DNA of 64,000 nt from Candidatus Rifleibacteriota bacterium (GTDB lineage Bacteria; Muiribacteriota; Ozemobacteria; Ozemobacterales; Ozemobacteraceae): assembly GCA_024710355.1 (NCBI GenBank), contig JANJUX010000033.1, positions 22,641 through 86,640 of the forward strand, written 5' to 3'. The notes under the pieces are model-generated. The model saw only the letters and a list, made by a program, of their open reading frames with translations. It ran no database searches and was not told the DNA's origin. The position numbers and the translations under genes were made by a program. How positions within the stretch are numbered: position 1 is the first letter of the stretch; the number at the start of each line of letters is the position of its first letter. This document shows positions 1 to 9,440 of the stretch, piece by piece.

Positions 1-681
1 TCCACGACGCAACGGGTGGGTTAGTGTAATGCCCAGTCTGGTTGAAAACAGATTATCTGAGCGGGCCGAACGACTGCGGCCGAAGGTAACATCCAGAGCA
101 CTGCGGGTACCTGTGGTCGAAAGCTTTTCAAAAACAATACCCGCATCGGTGCGATTCGTAACATTTTCGCCCATGTTGCCCTGCTGAAAAATGGTTTTAC
201 CGATACGCTCAGAACCAGAAAATTCGGCACTGACGGCCGTATCGAACTTTGCCCGTTCTTTTTCGACAACGGTGCGGGCAAGTTCGGGGCCGATTTTTTC
301 AACCTTGAGAGCAATATTCTGGCTCAAGGCGCTACTGATAGCATTATCGAGAGACAGCGTCAGTGAAGCACCTGAATTCTTGAATATATTGAATGCCCCG
401 AAGTCCTGACAGGTTTTCTCTTCAGGCTGTTCAGAATCATCAACTTCTTCGGTCTCTTCGGTCTCTTCGGTCTCTTCGACCTCTTCAACTTCTTCAACTT
501 CTTCAACTTCTCCAGCTCCGTCATCTGTAAGTTCGTCAGCAGCAGCCCCTTCTGCCACAATCGCAGTTTCCGTCTTTGCGGCAGCCGCCTGGGCGGTGTC
601 TTCTGCGACAAGAACCCCTGTCAGAGAGAAAAGGAAAGCAACAGTTGCAATCAGCCAGTAATATCGATCAGATATTTTCAT
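1..681 (-). CDS. Outer-membrane efflux protein, TolC/OprM family. Partial: only the N-terminal 227 aa are in the window and the C-terminus runs off the 5' edge.
   Basis: Hand-translated open frame on the - strand from ATG 679-681 to position 1 with no stop. It is absent from the ORF track because it is edge-truncated. The signal peptide reads MKISDRYYWLIATVAFLFSLTGVLVAED and the motifs LSLDNAISSALSQNIALKVEKIG are typical of OEP family N-termini. It sits 8 bp downstream of the RND pump stop, giving the operon order mfp-rnd-omp. Confidence 0.7.
   Translation of the reverse strand, partial: MKISDRYYWLIATVAFLFSLTGVLVAEDTAQAAAAKTETAIVAEGAAADELTDDGAGEVEEVEEVEEVEETEETEETEEVDDSEQPEEKTCQDFGAFNIFKNSGASLTLSLDNAISSALSQNIALKVEKIGPELARTVVEKERAKFDTAVSAEFSGSERIGKTIFQQGNMGENVTNRTDAGIVFEKLSTTGTRSALDVTFGRSRSARSDNLFSTRLGITLTHPLRRG
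442..510 (-). repeat. In-frame 9-bp tandem repeat of about 8 units (ggtctcttc / aacttcttc variants) encoding an acidic (E-V-E / E-T-E)n linker inside the TolC-like gene.
   Basis: Direct reading of the plus strand shows ggtctcttc three times, then gacctcttc, then aacttcttc three times. Translated on the - strand this gives GEVEEVEEVEEVEETEETEETEEV. Confidence 0.8.
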
Positions 682-3600
682 TTTTTGCCTCGTTTTCAGC
701 AGCTTCAACCGGCTTTTTACGAAAGGCCAGGTCAAATTCATAATAAATAGCGGGAATAATCAGAAGAGAGATGAAAGTCGCACAGACCAGGCCGCCAATT
801 ACAGCGCGGGCCATCGGCGCCTGCACTTCGCCACCTTCACCAAGGCCGATCGCCAGAGGCAACAACCCAAGAATCGTTGTTAAAGCAGTCATCAGAATCG
901 GCCGGCATCGGTCGCGTGCCGCCTCGCTCACAGCGATAAGTAGATCGGTGGCCCCTTCCCGGCGCAGGTCGTTGATGTGGTCGACAAGCAGAATAGAGTT
1001 GTTAACGACGATACCGCCGAGCATGATGCAGCCAATGAAAGACTGAACATTAAAAGTTGTACCGGTGAAATAAAGGGCTGGTATAACTCCGATAACCGAA
1101 AGCGGCACGGTAATCATGACGATAACCGGGTCATATAGTGACTCATACTGCACGGCCATTACCATATAGACAAGAATCAGTGCCAGCACAAAGCTGAAGA
1201 GAAGTTCCTGAAACGACTTGACCTGTTCTTCGTAGTCACCGGCCATCAGAATACTGAAGTTGGATGGCAAAGGTATTTCGCGCAGTTTTTGCTGCACTTC
1301 CTCGATGACAAAGCCAATCGGGCGCCCGTCGACGTTAGCCGAGACACTCAGAATTCTTTCCTGGTCACGGCGTTCGATGAGAGTCGGACCCATCTGGCTT
1401 TCGATATGGGCGATATTGCGCAGCATAACCGGCTGGCCGGCAGAATTCGTGATAGCCAGGTTGAGAAGATCTTCGAGCTTCATGAACTCAGCATTTCTTG
1501 CCTTAACCAGAATACGGTATTCGTCACCGCCTTCGCGCAAATTACCGGCGCTGCTGCCGGCCATCATGGTTTCGAGGAACGAAGAAATCTTCGAAACCGT
1601 GAGTTTCAAATCAGCGGCCCGGGCGCGGTCGATAACGACAATGCGTTCCGGCACGCCCTTCTCCCGAGACAACTGCACGTCGGTCACACCTTCGGTGTTT
1701 TTGAGAAGCTTTTCGACCTCGGCACCGAGTGCGTCGGCAGTCTTAAGGTCGTAGCCACGCACCTGCACCTCAAGCTTGTCGGCGTCGGCATTACCCATGC
1801 GCAGCAGGAACATGCCCTGACCTTCGCGGGTGCGTAGAATCACACCGGGAATGCCGGTCAGCATCTGGCGAAGCTCTCCGGCAATTTTTGCGCTGCTTTT
1901 TTTCCGGCTCGCCTTGAGCGGAATACGTATCTGCCCTGAGTTGAGAGAACCGCCACCGCCGCCCATGCCACCACCAACGTTGGTAAAGACGGTTTCGGCA
2001 TCGGGCAGGTTTTTAATGATTATGTCTTCGGCCATGACAAAAATCTTTTCGACAAGGCTCAGACGAGTGCCCTCTTCCAGCTCGATACTGACCCTGACTT
2101 CGCCTTCGTCAGCGGACGGCATCAGTTCGGTGCCGATTCCGCGAGCCATGATAACAGATATGGCGATGAGAATGCCGATAACAAAAATGGCTTTTTTGCG
2201 GTTATTGAGAACCATGCGGAGGCTGAAGGCGTGCGCCGAAAGAATAAGCCCGATAACCCATTCCGAAATACGGCGAAAAATGCTGCGTCGGCTGCTGCCA
2301 TTCATTTTAAGAAACCTTGAACTGAGCATTGGCACCATGGTTAAAGCGATAACCAGCGAGCAGAACAGAGAGAACGAAACGACGTAGGCCAACTGCTTGA
2401 ACATCAGACCGGTCATACCCTCGACAAACAGCAAAGGCAAAAAGATTACCACGGTAGTGAGCGTGCTCGCCAGAACCGGCATTGCCACTTCAGAGGCGCC
2501 TTCAACGGCGGCCTGCATCATCGACCGGCCCTTTTCTCGGTAACGAAAAATGTTCTCGAGAACAACGATCGAGTTGTCGACGAGCATGCCGATGCCCAGC
2601 GCTACGCCACCGAGAGACATGATGTTGAGCGTAAACTGGAAGTAATACATCAGGGCGAAGGTTGCAATGACCGAGACCGGAATCGCGACCGCGATGATTG
2701 CGGTGCTGGCGGCATTGCCGAGGAAAAGCTGCAAAATTACAATTGCAAGAAGACCGCCATACAGGGCTGAAGAGCTGACGTTATCGATCGACCGCTGAAT
2801 GTATTTGGAGCTGTCGACAATGGCACTAAGGCGCAACTGCGGGATTTCCTCGTTGATCTTTGCGATTTCGGCCTTGACGGCGTTGGCAACCGCAACGGTG
2901 TTACTGCCTGACTGCTTGTTCACCATGACGCGCACGCCGGGTTTGCCGTTGATTCTGACGATGCTGCGTTTCTTTTCCCAGAGGTCGAGCACCTCGGCGA
3001 CATCGCGCAGACGAATCTGCTTGCCGGCGGTTTCGCCGATGGTCAATGCCGCAATTTCTTTTACGTCTCTGAATTCACCAGGAGTTCGCAGGCGAAGCTC
3101 GTAGTTGCCAGATTCAATCATACCGGCCGGCAGATTGAGGTTTTCGGCGCGCAGGCGCGAAATGATCTGGTCAGGCGCAATCTTCAAGGCTTTTATACGG
3201 TCAATGTCGAGATTCACCTGGATTTCGCGCAGGCTGCCACCCATAACATCGATCGCGGCAACCCCTGGTATACGCTCGATACGGTATTTCACCTGATCTT
3301 CGATCAGATTGAGCATCTGCACCGGGTCAAGGTCACTCGAAGCACCAATAATAAGAATCGGAAAAGCTGCCGCATCGAATTTGCGAATGCTTGGCCTTTC
3401 AACATCATCAGGCAGACGGCTTAAAACGCGGTCAAGGCGGTCGCGCAGATCGTTGGTGGCCGCGTCGAGGTCGGTTCCCCAGGCGAAGGCCACGCGCACG
3501 CGGCTGCTGCCTTCGCGCGAGGTCGAGGTAATCTCTTCAACCCCGGGCACTGCCGAAATAGCCTGTTCGATCGGCCTGGTGACCAGAGTTTCTATTTCGG

Positions 3601-3769
3601 TCGGGCTGGCATTGTTGTAGCTTGCCGAAACGGTAATGGTCGGGTAGGTGATGTCGGGCATCAGATCGACCGGAAGCTTGTAAAGTGATACGACGCCGAA
3701 AATCACCACCATGCACATGATCATGGTGACGCCGATCGGCCGTTTTACAGAGAAATGAGCGAGTTTCAT
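668..3769 (-). CDS. RND multidrug efflux transporter, inner-membrane pump of the AcrB/HAE1 family.
   Basis: 1033-aa ORF. The N-terminus MKLAHFSVKRPIGVTMIMCMVVIFGVVSLYKLPVDLMPDITYPTITV is the canonical AcrB start. Twelve TM helices and two large periplasmic loops are evident from hydropathy. Confidence 0.9.
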   Translation of the reverse strand: MKLAHFSVKRPIGVTMIMCMVVIFGVVSLYKLPVDLMPDITYPTITVSASYNNASPTEIETLVTRPIEQAISAVPGVEEITSTSREGSSRVRVAFAWGTDLDAATNDLRDRLDRVLSRLPDDVERPSIRKFDAAAFPILIIGASSDLDPVQMLNLIEDQVKYRIERIPGVAAIDVMGGSLREIQVNLDIDRIKALKIAPDQIISRLRAENLNLPAGMIESGNYELRLRTPGEFRDVKEIAALTIGETAGKQIRLRDVAEVLDLWEKKRSIVRINGKPGVRVMVNKQSGSNTVAVANAVKAEIAKINEEIPQLRLSAIVDSSKYIQRSIDNVSSSALYGGLLAIVILQLFLGNAASTAIIAVAIPVSVIATFALMYYFQFTLNIMSLGGVALGIGMLVDNSIVVLENIFRYREKGRSMMQAAVEGASEVAMPVLASTLTTVVIFLPLLFVEGMTGLMFKQLAYVVSFSLFCSLVIALTMVPMLSSRFLKMNGSSRRSIFRRISEWVIGLILSAHAFSLRMVLNNRKKAIFVIGILIAISVIMARGIGTELMPSADEGEVRVSIELEEGTRLSLVEKIFVMAEDIIIKNLPDAETVFTNVGGGMGGGGGSLNSGQIRIPLKASRKKSSAKIAGELRQMLTGIPGVILRTREGQGMFLLRMGNADADKLEVQVRGYDLKTADALGAEVEKLLKNTEGVTDVQLSREKGVPERIVVIDRARAADLKLTVSKISSFLETMMAGSSAGNLREGGDEYRILVKARNAEFMKLEDLLNLAITNSAGQPVMLRNIAHIESQMGPTLIERRDQERILSVSANVDGRPIGFVIEEVQQKLREIPLPSNFSILMAGDYEEQVKSFQELLFSFVLALILVYMVMAVQYESLYDPVIVMITVPLSVIGVIPALYFTGTTFNVQSFIGCIMLGGIVVNNSILLVDHINDLRREGATDLLIAVSEAARDRCRPILMTALTTILGLLPLAIGLGEGGEVQAPMARAVIGGLVCATFISLLIIPAIYYEFDLAFRKKPVEAAENEAKNENI

Positions 3770-4995
3770 TGCTGCTGACCACCTTTGCCCGGGCCGCGCC
3801 CCTTGCCCTTTTCGCCGGCAGGTGCAGCAGGCTGGTCTTTTCCGGGGAGCTTGATATTACTGCCATCTTCGAGCAGGTGATGTCCAAGAACCACGACAGC
3901 ACCTGAAATTGTCGGCGAAGCAATCTCGGCCCGGTCGCCTTCGAGAAAACCGACTTCAACCGGTATAAACCTGGCAATACTCTTTTCGCTGTCGACGAGG
4001 AAAAGGCCTTCCTGGTCGTTGCGTCTGACGAGAGCCGAAGCCGGGGCAATCGTTACCGAGTCGTGCCGCGCGTAAATCAGCCTGGCTTTAACAAACATAC
4101 CCGGTTTGAGGGCATTATCAGTATTTGAAAGCTCAAGCTCGATTCTTGCCTGTCTCGATGCCCCGTCAAGCATAGGTGCAATGCGCGAAACCCGTGCTGT
4201 ATAGATACAGTCAGGGATGGCCGCTGTTTCGATTTCGGCGGTCAGACCGGGTCTGATTTTGAAGTATTCACGCTCGACGACGTCGATTACCGCTGTCAGG
4301 GTTGCGATATCGATTACCGAGACTATCGGGGTATTGGCATTGATCATGGCCCCTTCGTTGAGAAAACGTTCAGCAATAAAACGCCGGCCTGAACCACCAC
4401 TCCAGGAAGCATCAACTCTCGCATACGCCAGCTTCAGTTTTGTGGTTTCAAGCGCAGCCTCTTTCTGACTAAGAAGAGCCTTGTTAACCTGATGTCTGGC
4501 CTGTCTGGTTTTGTGAGCCGCCTGAGCGTTCTCTACTTCTACTTCAGAAGAGACCTTCTGCTGCCGCATGGTTTTGACGCGATCGAGTTCGCGCTGCGAA
4601 ATTTCGAGCAGACCAGCGCTTTCATTAAGATTGGCCCGGGCGATTTCAAGGTCGGCTTCGGCCTGTTTAACCGCAAGAAGCATTTCTTCATCGTCAAGAG
4701 TGGCGATAGTTGCGCCATTATCGATGGTATCACCGATATCGACAAAAAGTTTTTTGATTCTGCCCGAGATTTTCGGGGCAACCATGAATTTAGAAGTGGC
4801 TTCGATCGAACCGACAAAGCGCCCCTCATCGACAAGACTGCCGATTTTAAGGGGTTCGATTTCGACCGCAACTGCCATGGCACCGCCAGGCCCGCGCCGG
4901 CCACTCACCGTATTGCTGGCAGACGGCTGAAACTGACTCACAAGAAGCCAGGCAAGAATAATCCCGCTGATAAAAGTTAGTGCGAATCTGTTCAT
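3766..4995 (-). CDS. RND efflux periplasmic adaptor (membrane fusion protein, HlyD/AcrA family).
   Basis: 409 aa with an N-terminal signal anchor, a coiled-coil hairpin (LLAVKQAEADLEIARANLNESAGLLEISQRELDRVKTM), a beta-barrel and a Gly/Pro-rich C-terminus. The stop overlaps the RND start by 4 bp. Confidence 0.85.
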   Translation of the reverse strand: MNRFALTFISGIILAWLLVSQFQPSASNTVSGRRGPGGAMAVAVEIEPLKIGSLVDEGRFVGSIEATSKFMVAPKISGRIKKLFVDIGDTIDNGATIATLDDEEMLLAVKQAEADLEIARANLNESAGLLEISQRELDRVKTMRQQKVSSEVEVENAQAAHKTRQARHQVNKALLSQKEAALETTKLKLAYARVDASWSGGSGRRFIAERFLNEGAMINANTPIVSVIDIATLTAVIDVVEREYFKIRPGLTAEIETAAIPDCIYTARVSRIAPMLDGASRQARIELELSNTDNALKPGMFVKARLIYARHDSVTIAPASALVRRNDQEGLFLVDSEKSIARFIPVEVGFLEGDRAEIASPTISGAVVVLGHHLLEDGSNIKLPGKDQPAAPAGEKGKGRGPGKGGQQQ

Positions 4996-5017
4996 ATATC
5001 TCCCTTATGAAGCCTCT

Positions 5018-5473
5018 TTATTCTTCAGCTTCCACGTGTAAATTACGATATTCGCGCCGGGCATTTTCGGCGACCCGGATCATCAGTGCAAAAATCATTT
5101 CTTTTTCGGCCGGGCTAAAGCCAGCGGTCAGGCGCTGATTCCAGTCTTTGAGAAACGCCTTGATCTCACCGGCGGCGGCGGCACCGCTGGCGGTAATTTT
5201 TACCTCATAGCGGCGGTGGTCATCTTCGGCAATGCGGCGTTCGACGTAACCGACCTCTTCGAGCTTTCTGATGGCACGGGCGGTGGTCGCCTTGTCGAAC
5301 ATCAGCGCCTGCGATATGGCTTCCTGTGATGAAGGGCCGCTGCGGCTCAGGTAATTGAGAAAGGGAAACTGGCCGTAGCCGATCTGCAACTTTCTGAGTC
5401 TTTCTGCCATATATGCATGGGTGGCACGATATGTCTGAGCAACCCAGCGGCCAAGAAATTGCTGTTCAACCAT
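5018..5473 (-). CDS. MarR-family transcriptional regulator, probably the repressor of the efflux operon.
   Basis: The winged-helix region SQEAISQALMFDKATTARAIRKLEEVGYVERRIAEDDHRRYEVKITASG is the MarR signature. The start was chosen at the internal ATG (MVEQQFL...) rather than the ORF-track start at 5587. It is the first gene of the marR-mfp-rnd-omp operon. Confidence 0.8.
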   Translation of the reverse strand: MVEQQFLGRWVAQTYRATHAYMAERLRKLQIGYGQFPFLNYLSRSGPSSQEAISQALMFDKATTARAIRKLEEVGYVERRIAEDDHRRYEVKITASGAAAAGEIKAFLKDWNQRLTAGFSPAEKEMIFALMIRVAENARREYRNLHVEAEE

Positions 5474-5494
5474 ATGAATTATCTGCTTTTTCGT

Positions 5495-5522
5495 AAAATT
5501 AGTTGCGCACGCAACTAATTTT
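5495..5522. promoter_or_regulatory. Perfect 13-bp inverted repeat with a 2-bp spacer (aaaattagttgcg-ca-cgcaactaatttt). Candidate MarR operator.
   Basis: Read directly from the sequence. It lies 22 bp upstream of the marR start codon, and MarR dimers bind palindromes of this size. Confidence 0.5.
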
Positions 5523-5634
5523 ACCACAGACAACATTGCCCGAAAACCCCCGGATTTTATTTTGGTTATCAAGCCACAAAGCACCATCAGACAGCAACTT
5601 TGCCCACAGCCAGCCGAGGTGGTATACTTTGCAG

Positions 5635-6054
5635 ATGCAGATGATTCTAAATAAAAAAGGTGTCAGCAGTTACGAGATCATCGCTCTGCTGCTGCTTCTT
5701 GCGGCAGCCTGGGCCGGTGACACTATCGGTTCGCGCTTCGGCAACACCGCCGGCATAGTCGGTATGATCGCGTTTCCGCTCATACTGATTATTCTCATCG
5801 AAAAGCTTGCCTGGCTCGAGCGAGAACTCATACTTGGACAAAAACCATACCCGAAATGTATCTGCGGCAAAGCGACGATTGACAGTCTGCCCGAAGACCC
5901 TGACACGCCTGCTGTCGGCAGCGGCATTTTTCGCTGCAGCTGTGGCCGGGTCTACGACACGGGTGGCCGCGGCATCATCGAAATTGTAGACAACGAAAAC
6001 CGGCGGCCATTTGCCCGCTGGAAAGCCTTTAAAGGCTGGATTTTATCAGATTAA
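5635..6054 (+). CDS. Small membrane protein with a C-terminal zinc-ribbon-like motif (hypothetical).
   Basis: Internal ATG of ORF 5503..6054 preceded by GAGGTGG. Two hydrophobic helices (IIALLLLLAAAW and GMIAFPLILIILI) are followed by CICG...CSCG. Confidence 0.4.
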   Translation: MQMILNKKGVSSYEIIALLLLLAAAWAGDTIGSRFGNTAGIVGMIAFPLILIILIEKLAWLERELILGQKPYPKCICGKATIDSLPEDPDTPAVGSGIFRCSCGRVYDTGGRGIIEIVDNENRRPFARWKAFKGWILSD

Positions 6055-6494
6055 TTCATGCCCTGGCCGGTTCGCACTTTTTCGAGGTGCCTGGCGATCG
6101 ACTCATACATCGGCCTGAAAAATGGCGCGGTGTCGAGTTCTGGCTCGATTCTTTTCCAGACCGCATTGACCGGAAAAATTACACTGCCGGTGTTTTCGTC
6201 GATCAAAGCCGGTTCGGTGCCATACTGATCTTCGATCATCTGCCAGATAAAGCCAAAATCGACCCTGAGCAACTCACCAAAAAGCGACCCGAGTCCAGAA
6301 GCGACATCAGCGGCCGGCATGCGACTATTGGTCGGCTGGGCAGCCCACTTTTTAAACACCTGATCGAGAAGATCAGCCGAAGGCGGACCCTTATGATGAC
6401 CCGATAAAGCCAGGCAGAGCTCGCGACCTGCCGCAAGACCTTTTGCCAGGTTTGCCTGTTCCGTTTCGTTAAAACCAGAAATTTTTGGCTGCAT
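6051..6494 (-). CDS. Hypothetical protein, 147 aa.
   Basis: Clean ORF convergent with the previous gene. No motif recognised. Confidence 0.45.
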   Translation of the reverse strand: MQPKISGFNETEQANLAKGLAAGRELCLALSGHHKGPPSADLLDQVFKKWAAQPTNSRMPAADVASGLGSLFGELLRVDFGFIWQMIEDQYGTEPALIDENTGSVIFPVNAVWKRIEPELDTAPFFRPMYESIARHLEKVRTGQGMN

Positions 6495-6715
6495 AGATTC
6501 ACTCGCTTTAATTTTTTGGGCATTAGTGATAAAAGATAATAATTGATTGCCGCTTCAACTACAACATGGCCTGACCGCCACGCCTTTGCTGGACCGCAGC
6601 AATTTTAGCGACGATTCTCGCCGCTGATAACTTGTTTTTAAGAGTTTCTTCTTGACACATTGCAGCATAAAAGTTATTTAAAGAGAATGACAAAGGAATG
6701 CTAAGGAGGCCGAAA

Positions 6716-7990
6716 ATGGTCGATTCTGAAGACACTGGAAAAGTCATACTGGTACTTAACTGCGGCAGTTCATCGCTGAAATACGATCTGATACTTATGC
6801 CGCACCGCAAAAGTCTCGGAAAAGGCATCGTCGAAAGAATTGGCGAAGAAAAGGGCAGCCTCGAACAAAAATCTGACGACAAGAAACTGGTAATCGAGCA
6901 GAAGATCAAAGATCATCGCGAAGCCCTCGAACTCGTGATGCGAGCCATTACTGACCGCGATGAAGGCATTATCAAAGATGTTTCCGAGATTGCTGGCATC
7001 GGCCACCGCGTCGTTCACGGTGGTGACAAGTATGCATCATCCGTAGTAATAGACGAAAGCGTTGTTGCCGCCATCGAAGAATTTATCGAGCTCGCACCAC
7101 TGCACAACCCGCCCAACCTTACCGGCATTCAGGTCGCGCGAGAACTCATGCCTAATCTCAAGCAGGTTGCGGTTTTTGACACAGCTTTTCACCAGACCAT
7201 GCCTTCGCATGCCTATCTCTACGGCCTGCCCCGCAAGTTTTATGAAGAATTTAAAATCAGACGTTACGGCTTTCACGGAACCAGCCATCGCTACGTTTCA
7301 GCCCGCGCTGTGGAACTCTGCCGCCGTCACCCCAGCAATACCAACGTAATTTCGTGTCACCTTGGCAACGGTGGCTCGGTAACCGCGATTGCCAGAGGCA
7401 AATCGATCGACACGTCGATGGGCTTTACGCCGCTCGAAGGCATGATCATGGGAACCAGGTCGGGTGACCTAGACCCGGCAATTCTTGGCTTTCTCATGGA
7501 CCGCGGCTATTCTTCGAAAGACCTCATCAAGATGTTGAACAAGGAAAGCGGTCTGCTTGGCCTATCGGGTATTTCAAATGACATGCGTGACCTCGAAAAA
7601 GCAGCTGAAGAAGGTAATCATCGCGCCAAAGAAGCTATCGACTGCTATGCCTACCGGGTCAGAAAATATATTGGTGCCTACGCCGCCAACCTGATCAAGG
7701 TGGATATTCTCGTTTTCACCGGTGGCATAGGCCAGAACGGCTGGCGCATGCGCGAGCGTATCTGCAAACGCCTCGAAAACCTCGGTATCTTTCTCGATCA
7801 CAAGCTCAACAAAGAGATGGGCTCAAAAGAAGGCATCGTTTCTGAGGCTTATTCTCCGGTAACTGTGGCTGTAATACCAACCAACGAAGAACTGCAGATT
7901 GCCATAGACGTTTATGAGCTCGCCTTCGGTGGTGAATCGGCTTTCAGGCGCCGCCAGACCGATTTTAACGTCGGAATGAAGCGTTCGTGA
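6716..7990 (+). CDS. ackA: Acetate kinase.
   Basis: The N-terminal KVILVLNCGSSSLKYDLI motif is present. The length (424 aa) and overall conservation fit. An AAGGAGG sequence lies 6 nt upstream of ATG 6716. Confidence 0.9.
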   Translation: MVDSEDTGKVILVLNCGSSSLKYDLILMPHRKSLGKGIVERIGEEKGSLEQKSDDKKLVIEQKIKDHREALELVMRAITDRDEGIIKDVSEIAGIGHRVVHGGDKYASSVVIDESVVAAIEEFIELAPLHNPPNLTGIQVARELMPNLKQVAVFDTAFHQTMPSHAYLYGLPRKFYEEFKIRRYGFHGTSHRYVSARAVELCRRHPSNTNVISCHLGNGGSVTAIARGKSIDTSMGFTPLEGMIMGTRSGDLDPAILGFLMDRGYSSKDLIKMLNKESGLLGLSGISNDMRDLEKAAEEGNHRAKEAIDCYAYRVRKYIGAYAANLIKVDILVFTGGIGQNGWRMRERICKRLENLGIFLDHKLNKEMGSKEGIVSEAYSPVTVAVIPTNEELQIAIDVYELAFGGESAFRRRQTDFNVGMKRS

Positions 7991-8601
7991 CCGACCAGAC
8001 GCTAAACTACTACGAACAGAACGCAGCTGAATTGAGCCGGCGTTACGAAACGACGGCTCTTGACTCTTTTCACCAGCTTCTTCAACAGACCTGGCGGCCG
8101 GGCGCCCGATTGCTCGAAATCGGCTGCGGCTCAGGTCGTGATGCGGCCAGGGCCACAACCGACGGCTTCAGAGTAACTGCAGTCGACGGCGCCGAAAATC
8201 TGTTGAAAGAAGCTGTCAGGCTTCACCCTGAACTGACCGACAGCCTGCATCACCTTCTGCTGCCGGCAAAGTTGCCGTTTGCCGATGCCAGCTTCGACGG
8301 TTTTTTCAGTGTCGCCTGCCTGATGCATTTTAATAATGCTGCGATTGGACAAATCATTTCAGAAGCTGCAAGAGTGACGGTTGCAGGCGGCAGCGGCCTG
8401 GTTTCGGTTCCGGCCGGCAGAAGCGACATAGACGCCGGCGGCTTCGACCAGCACGGCCGGGTCTTCAACGTCATGCCAGTCGACAACTGGATCAACCTTT
8501 TCCGCCAGCACGGCTTTTCTGCCGAACCCGGCCCCTTAGAGCCCGACAGTCTCGGCCGCCCAGGCATCAGCTGGATAACCTTCATCCTCAAAAAGCCCTG
8601 A
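7987..8601 (+). CDS. Class I SAM-dependent methyltransferase.
   Basis: Motif I LLEIGCGSGRDAARA is present. The GTG start overlaps the ackA stop (GTGA). Confidence 0.7.
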   Translation: MTDQTLNYYEQNAAELSRRYETTALDSFHQLLQQTWRPGARLLEIGCGSGRDAARATTDGFRVTAVDGAENLLKEAVRLHPELTDSLHHLLLPAKLPFADASFDGFFSVACLMHFNNAAIGQIISEAARVTVAGGSGLVSVPAGRSDIDAGGFDQHGRVFNVMPVDNWINLFRQHGFSAEPGPLEPDSLGRPGISWITFILKKP

Positions 8602-8605
8602 AAAC

Positions 8606-8656
8606 AAAAAACCCGCATTTCTGCGGGCTTTTCAGTGCCGGAAGTCGGGGTCGAAC
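8606..8656. repeat. Direct repeat copy A, 51 bp. It is identical to 10944..10994 and contains a terminator hairpin plus the last 21 nt of the tRNA-Leu 3' end. This is the distal boundary of the islet (attL/attR-like).
   Basis: Exact string match: aaaaaacccgcatttctgcgggcttttcagtgccggaagtcggggtcgaac occurs at both positions. Confidence 0.85.
8612..8631. terminator. Rho-independent terminator hairpin (cccgca-tttc-tgcggg) flanked by A/T runs on both strands. It terminates the methyltransferase gene on + and the toxin-antitoxin operon on -.
   Basis: A 6-bp GC stem with a 4-nt loop. The T-run on the - strand (aaaacaaaaaa read as its complement) is stronger than the + strand run (cttttc). Confidence 0.55.
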
Positions 8657-8786
8657 AGTCGTTTATAACAGTCACTGCGACTAACTTTAACATTAAAAAT
8701 TTATCGAGTTACACCAAAAAGTTACACCATTTTGAGTGCCGCGCCCAAAATTTCTCTGGTCTGTTTTCGATGTTTCCAAATTTTTT

Positions 8787-9050
8787 TTAAGATAATTCTG
8801 CTATCAACTTGTCATAATCTGCGTGGCTACCAATCCAGAACCAGAGCAAGCCATCTGCGACCTCTACGGCAAGAGCTCGGTAACGAATACCCGCCCTGAC
8901 CGACCACAACCGCCCGATCTGTTTGAAGTTCAATGATGCGTGTTTCGGGTCTTTCTTTAGAAGTTCATAATTTTTGTCGGCGGTTTTTCTTATTCTGGCA
9001 GGCAATGCGTCATAGGCAGACCAGAAAGAAGAACTTGCGAAATGATTCAT
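8787..9050 (-). CDS. Type II toxin, ParE/RelE superfamily.
   Basis: 87 aa. The sequence WSVRAGIRYRALAVEVADGLLWFWIGSHADYDKL has the RelE/ParE fold signature. It overlaps its upstream partner by 4 bp. Confidence 0.65.
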   Translation of the reverse strand: MNHFASSSFWSAYDALPARIRKTADKNYELLKKDPKHASLNFKQIGRLWSVRAGIRYRALAVEVADGLLWFWIGSHADYDKLIAELS

Positions 9051-9250
9051 AGTTGCCTGGTTTTGCCGTCTTTATGCTCTGCAATCGCCTTGTTTATAAG
9101 AGAGTCCAGCTTTCCTGATGCACAGTCTCTCTCTATTTTTTCGTCCCATTTCTTAGCGTCAAAGCGATCAAACCATTCTCTAAAGTTCTGCAACTGGTCT
9201 TCAGACAACTGCTTAACAGCGTTTTCCAGGTCTTTAACCGGATTACTCAT
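9047..9250 (-). CDS. Antitoxin (putative addiction-module component, TIGR02574-like).
   Basis: 67 aa. The sequence LSEDQLQNFREWFDRFDAKKWDEKIERD is typical of this antitoxin family. It is translationally coupled (ATGA) to the toxin. Confidence 0.6.
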   Translation of the reverse strand: MSNPVKDLENAVKQLSEDQLQNFREWFDRFDAKKWDEKIERDCASGKLDSLINKAIAEHKDGKTRQL

Positions 9251-9440
9251 AATTTGGCCCCTGTTTACAGTCTTAACTTATGCCCGGAGGTGAAGTATTT
9301 TTCATTCTTGATATTCCATATTGGCATATCAAAATTTGTGAATTTATCGTCACACTCTACTTTTTTGGCCTGGTTCGGCAAGAATATGCCGCCGATCTGC
9401 CGGTAAGTCAAATAGAAATTGTGGCAGTGAACTGTTGGCG

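Noticed and set aside
3537-4049. 170-aa ORF on the - strand, along with many 60-180 aa ORFs on the opposite strand inside the RND, MFP, uvrA, radA and giant genes.
   Set aside because: They lie entirely inside and antisense to, or out of frame with, long well-supported genes. They have no RBS and Arg/Ser-rich junk composition typical of GC-rich shadow ORFs.
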